Made by a program: the position numbers and the translations under genes. This document shows, piece after piece, positions 62,186-64,000 of a DNA stretch of 64,000 nt. The notes below the pieces were generated by a model, which saw nothing but the letters and a program-made list of their open reading frames with translations, did not search any database and had not been told where the DNA came from. The stretch lies in assembly GCA_024281375.1 (NCBI GenBank), contig JAJSAD010000020.1, positions 7,070 through 71,069 on the forward strand. The letters are read 5' to 3'. This DNA comes from Alphaproteobacteria bacterium. Its GTDB lineage: Bacteria; Pseudomonadota; Alphaproteobacteria; Caedimonadales; UBA9215. The stretch's first letter is position 1, and each line of letters starts with the position of its first letter.

Positions 62186-62251
62186 GGAGAAGAGAAGGGA
62201 AAGGAAGCTCCCTTTACAGCTTCTTAAAAGAAAACTGAGGGGTGGTAAGCC
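62186..62251 (-). repeat. 3'-UTR repeat family B, copy 2
   Basis: Minus strand TTACCACCCCTCAGTTTTCTTTTAAGAAGCTGTAAAGGGAGC followed by a pyrimidine tract. Confidence 0.65.
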
Positions 62252-62296
62252 TATAGCCCGTCTTAATGACATTTGGGATTTTTTAGAAGGGCTATT
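62252..62296 (-). mobile_element. Internally deleted Correia-like MITE, copy D (~45 bp)
   Basis: Minus strand ATAGCCCTTCTAAAAAATCCCAAATGTCATTA aligns with the copy B left end ATAGCCCTTCCCAAAAAGTCCCAGACGTCGTTA, then closes with GGGCTATA. Confidence 0.65.
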
Positions 62297-62312
62297 AAGA
62301 AACAGGGGGAGC

Positions 62313-62615
62313 TTATGCGGCTTCACTTACGGCTTCGGGTGTTTCTTCTGCTGTTGGTTGGGTAACCTTGGAGGTCATGTTAAGGGCTTGGAGGTAGGTA
62401 TCAAGAATGGCTTCTTGCTCGCGCAATTCATCTTGATCCATTTTACGCATTTTTAATATTTGACGAATAACCTTAACATCAAAGCCCGCTGATTTTGCTT
62501 CGGCAAAGACTTCTCGTGTATCAGAGGCAATGGCTGCTTTTTGTTCTTCAAGGTATTCGACTTGTTCGATGAATTGACGGAGACGTGCGCCTGAAACGCC
62601 AGCAAAAGTAGTCAT
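62313..62615 (-). CDS. gapR: DUF2312 / GapR nucleoid-associated protein
   Basis: LRQFIE-VE-LEE-K--I--D--EVFAEAK--GFD-K-IR-I--MRK. Confidence 0.9.
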   Translation of the reverse strand: MTTFAGVSGARLRQFIEQVEYLEEQKAAIASDTREVFAEAKSAGFDVKVIRQILKMRKMDQDELREQEAILDTYLQALNMTSKVTQPTAEETPEAVSEAA

Positions 62616-62725
62616 GTGTTTGTCCTTTAAAATGAGGTGTTGGTTATGAAAATAATATGTGAGATAACGTTACTCATATATATTAAAAACAGCAAGATAA
62701 AAATTAAAAAGGAGACATCCCCCTT

Positions 62726-63661
62726 ATGTCTTTGAAATCTAAAATAAACCAGATTTTCACCCATTCGCCGACCTTGGCTATTGCGGCGGCTCTTTTTGGC
62801 TCCTCTTTTATTGCGTTGTCTCCTCTGTTTGTGCGTTTAAGTGAAGTCGGCTCAACGGCGACGGCGTTTTATCGCTTCTTTTTTGCCCTTCCTATTGTGT
62901 GGACATGGATGATCTTTGATAACCTTCAACCTGAAAAACATAGGACCCCTCGAACGGTTCGAGAATATGTGCTGTTGGTGGCGGCTGGCATTTTCCTAGG
63001 GTGTGACATTGGTCTATGGCATTTAGCGATGGTCAATACATCCATTGTGAATGCTGTCATTTTAAACGCCATAACGCCTGTGTTTGTTGTCTTTGCTGCT
63101 TGGATTTTCTTTAAGGAGAAAATTACTCTGCCCCTTGGGTTTGGGATTGCCCTGGCGTTGTTGGGTTCTTTTGTTCTCGTGATGGCCAGTGGGACTACTC
63201 AGGAAAGTAATTTCTTAGGGGATATGTATGCTTTGGGATCGGCCGTCTTTTATGCCGCATTTATGATTTGCTTGAAAGAGTTGCGGAAGTCTTTTTCAGC
63301 GCCCACCATTATGTTCTGGGTTGCCTTGGTGGGGATGTATGTATTGGGTGTTAATGCGCATTTGATGAATGAAGTTGTTGTGCCCAGAACTGCGGAAGGG
63401 TGGTGGCTTCTTGTGGCTTTAGCCTTGATTGTGCATGTTTTTGGCGGGGGGCTTATTTCCTATTCCGTGGGGCACCTGACAGCAACGTTTTCCTCGCTGA
63501 CTATTCTTGTGGGACCTTTTGTCGCGGGGCTGTTGGGCTGGCTTGTCTTTCAGGAGGCGATGTCTTGGCAACAAGGCCTTGGCGGCTTGATTATTATCAT
63601 TGGGATTGTTTTATCGCGCCAGAAACGGTTGACTTTACGACGAAAAAAGACCAAAGATTAA
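62726..63661 (+). CDS. DMT/EamA family transporter
   Basis: About ten TM segments, SPLFVR, AFYR, P-FV-------FKE, GD-YAL-SA-FYA. Confidence 0.92.
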   Translation: MSLKSKINQIFTHSPTLAIAAALFGSSFIALSPLFVRLSEVGSTATAFYRFFFALPIVWTWMIFDNLQPEKHRTPRTVREYVLLVAAGIFLGCDIGLWHLAMVNTSIVNAVILNAITPVFVVFAAWIFFKEKITLPLGFGIALALLGSFVLVMASGTTQESNFLGDMYALGSAVFYAAFMICLKELRKSFSAPTIMFWVALVGMYVLGVNAHLMNEVVVPRTAEGWWLLVALALIVHVFGGGLISYSVGHLTATFSSLTILVGPFVAGLLGWLVFQEAMSWQQGLGGLIIIIGIVLSRQKRLTLRRKKTKD

Positions 63662-63688
63662 TGTATTGTCATAAGTTAAGGATTATCC

Positions 63689-64000
63689 ATGAGACGTTAT
63701 CGCGCCACAAAGATTGTTGCAACTTTAGGCCCGTCAAGTTCAACGGCCGATATTATTGAAGAGCTCTTTATGAGTGGGGTAGATGTTTTTCGGTTGAATT
63801 TTTCCCATGGTACCCATGATACTCATCAAAAAAATTATGATTCTATTCGCCTTTTAGAGGAAAAATACCGCCGTCCTGTTTCTATTATGCAGGACCTTCA
63901 AGGCCCTAAGCTGCGTATTGGTAAGTTCGAAAAGGGAGCTGTAACCCTTTGTGAGGGGCAACAGTTTACCTTGGATTTAAAAGAAGAGCTTCTGGGGAAT
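63689..64000 (+). CDS. pyk: Pyruvate kinase, 5' part (runs off the window)
   Basis: Not in the ORF track. Translates MRRYRATKIVATLGPSSS...DVFRLNFSHG...DLQGPKLRIG. Confidence 0.96.
   Translation, partial: MRRYRATKIVATLGPSSSTADIIEELFMSGVDVFRLNFSHGTHDTHQKNYDSIRLLEEKYRRPVSIMQDLQGPKLRIGKFEKGAVTLCEGQQFTLDLKEELLGN

Noticed and set aside
63400-63759. 119-aa ORF bridging the DMT gene and pyk
   Set aside because: It overlaps two well-supported genes in other frames.

Overview
This window is from an alphaproteobacterial chromosome (chpT, GapR/DUF2312, alpha-type atpHAGD and dcw order). The many orphan signal-peptide proteins suggest a host-associated Holosporales/Caedimonas-like lineage, which is inference only. 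The core content is a CCA-adding enzyme, F1 ATPase genes without atpC, pdhABC, the dcw cluster mraZ to ftsZ, proC, a KefB-like antiporter, gapR and the start of pyk. The dcw cluster is interrupted by two non-dcw genes, and ftsZ has an in-frame TAA. An accessory block (~41.5-56.2 kb) is bounded by an IS5 transposase remnant and a porin remnant and holds two modules. Module 1 is a phosphatase and a kinase divergent from a BcsB-less cellulose-synthase-like GT2, a BcsS-like barrel and a Tat/GMC sugar dehydrogenase pair. Module 2 is a tightly coupled CopA, beta-CASP nuclease, AMP-phosphorylase-like and Prs-like operon. Other notable items are a degenerate-EAL/LD-carboxypeptidase fusion, a globin-MCP-PilZ receptor, a family of ~105-bp Correia-like MITEs (one supplies the stop codons of two convergent genes), a second 3'-UTR repeat family and a 21-aa tandem-repeat secreted protein. 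I recognised no rRNA, tRNA or CRISPR array. All family assignments come from motif recognition by eye, without database searches.
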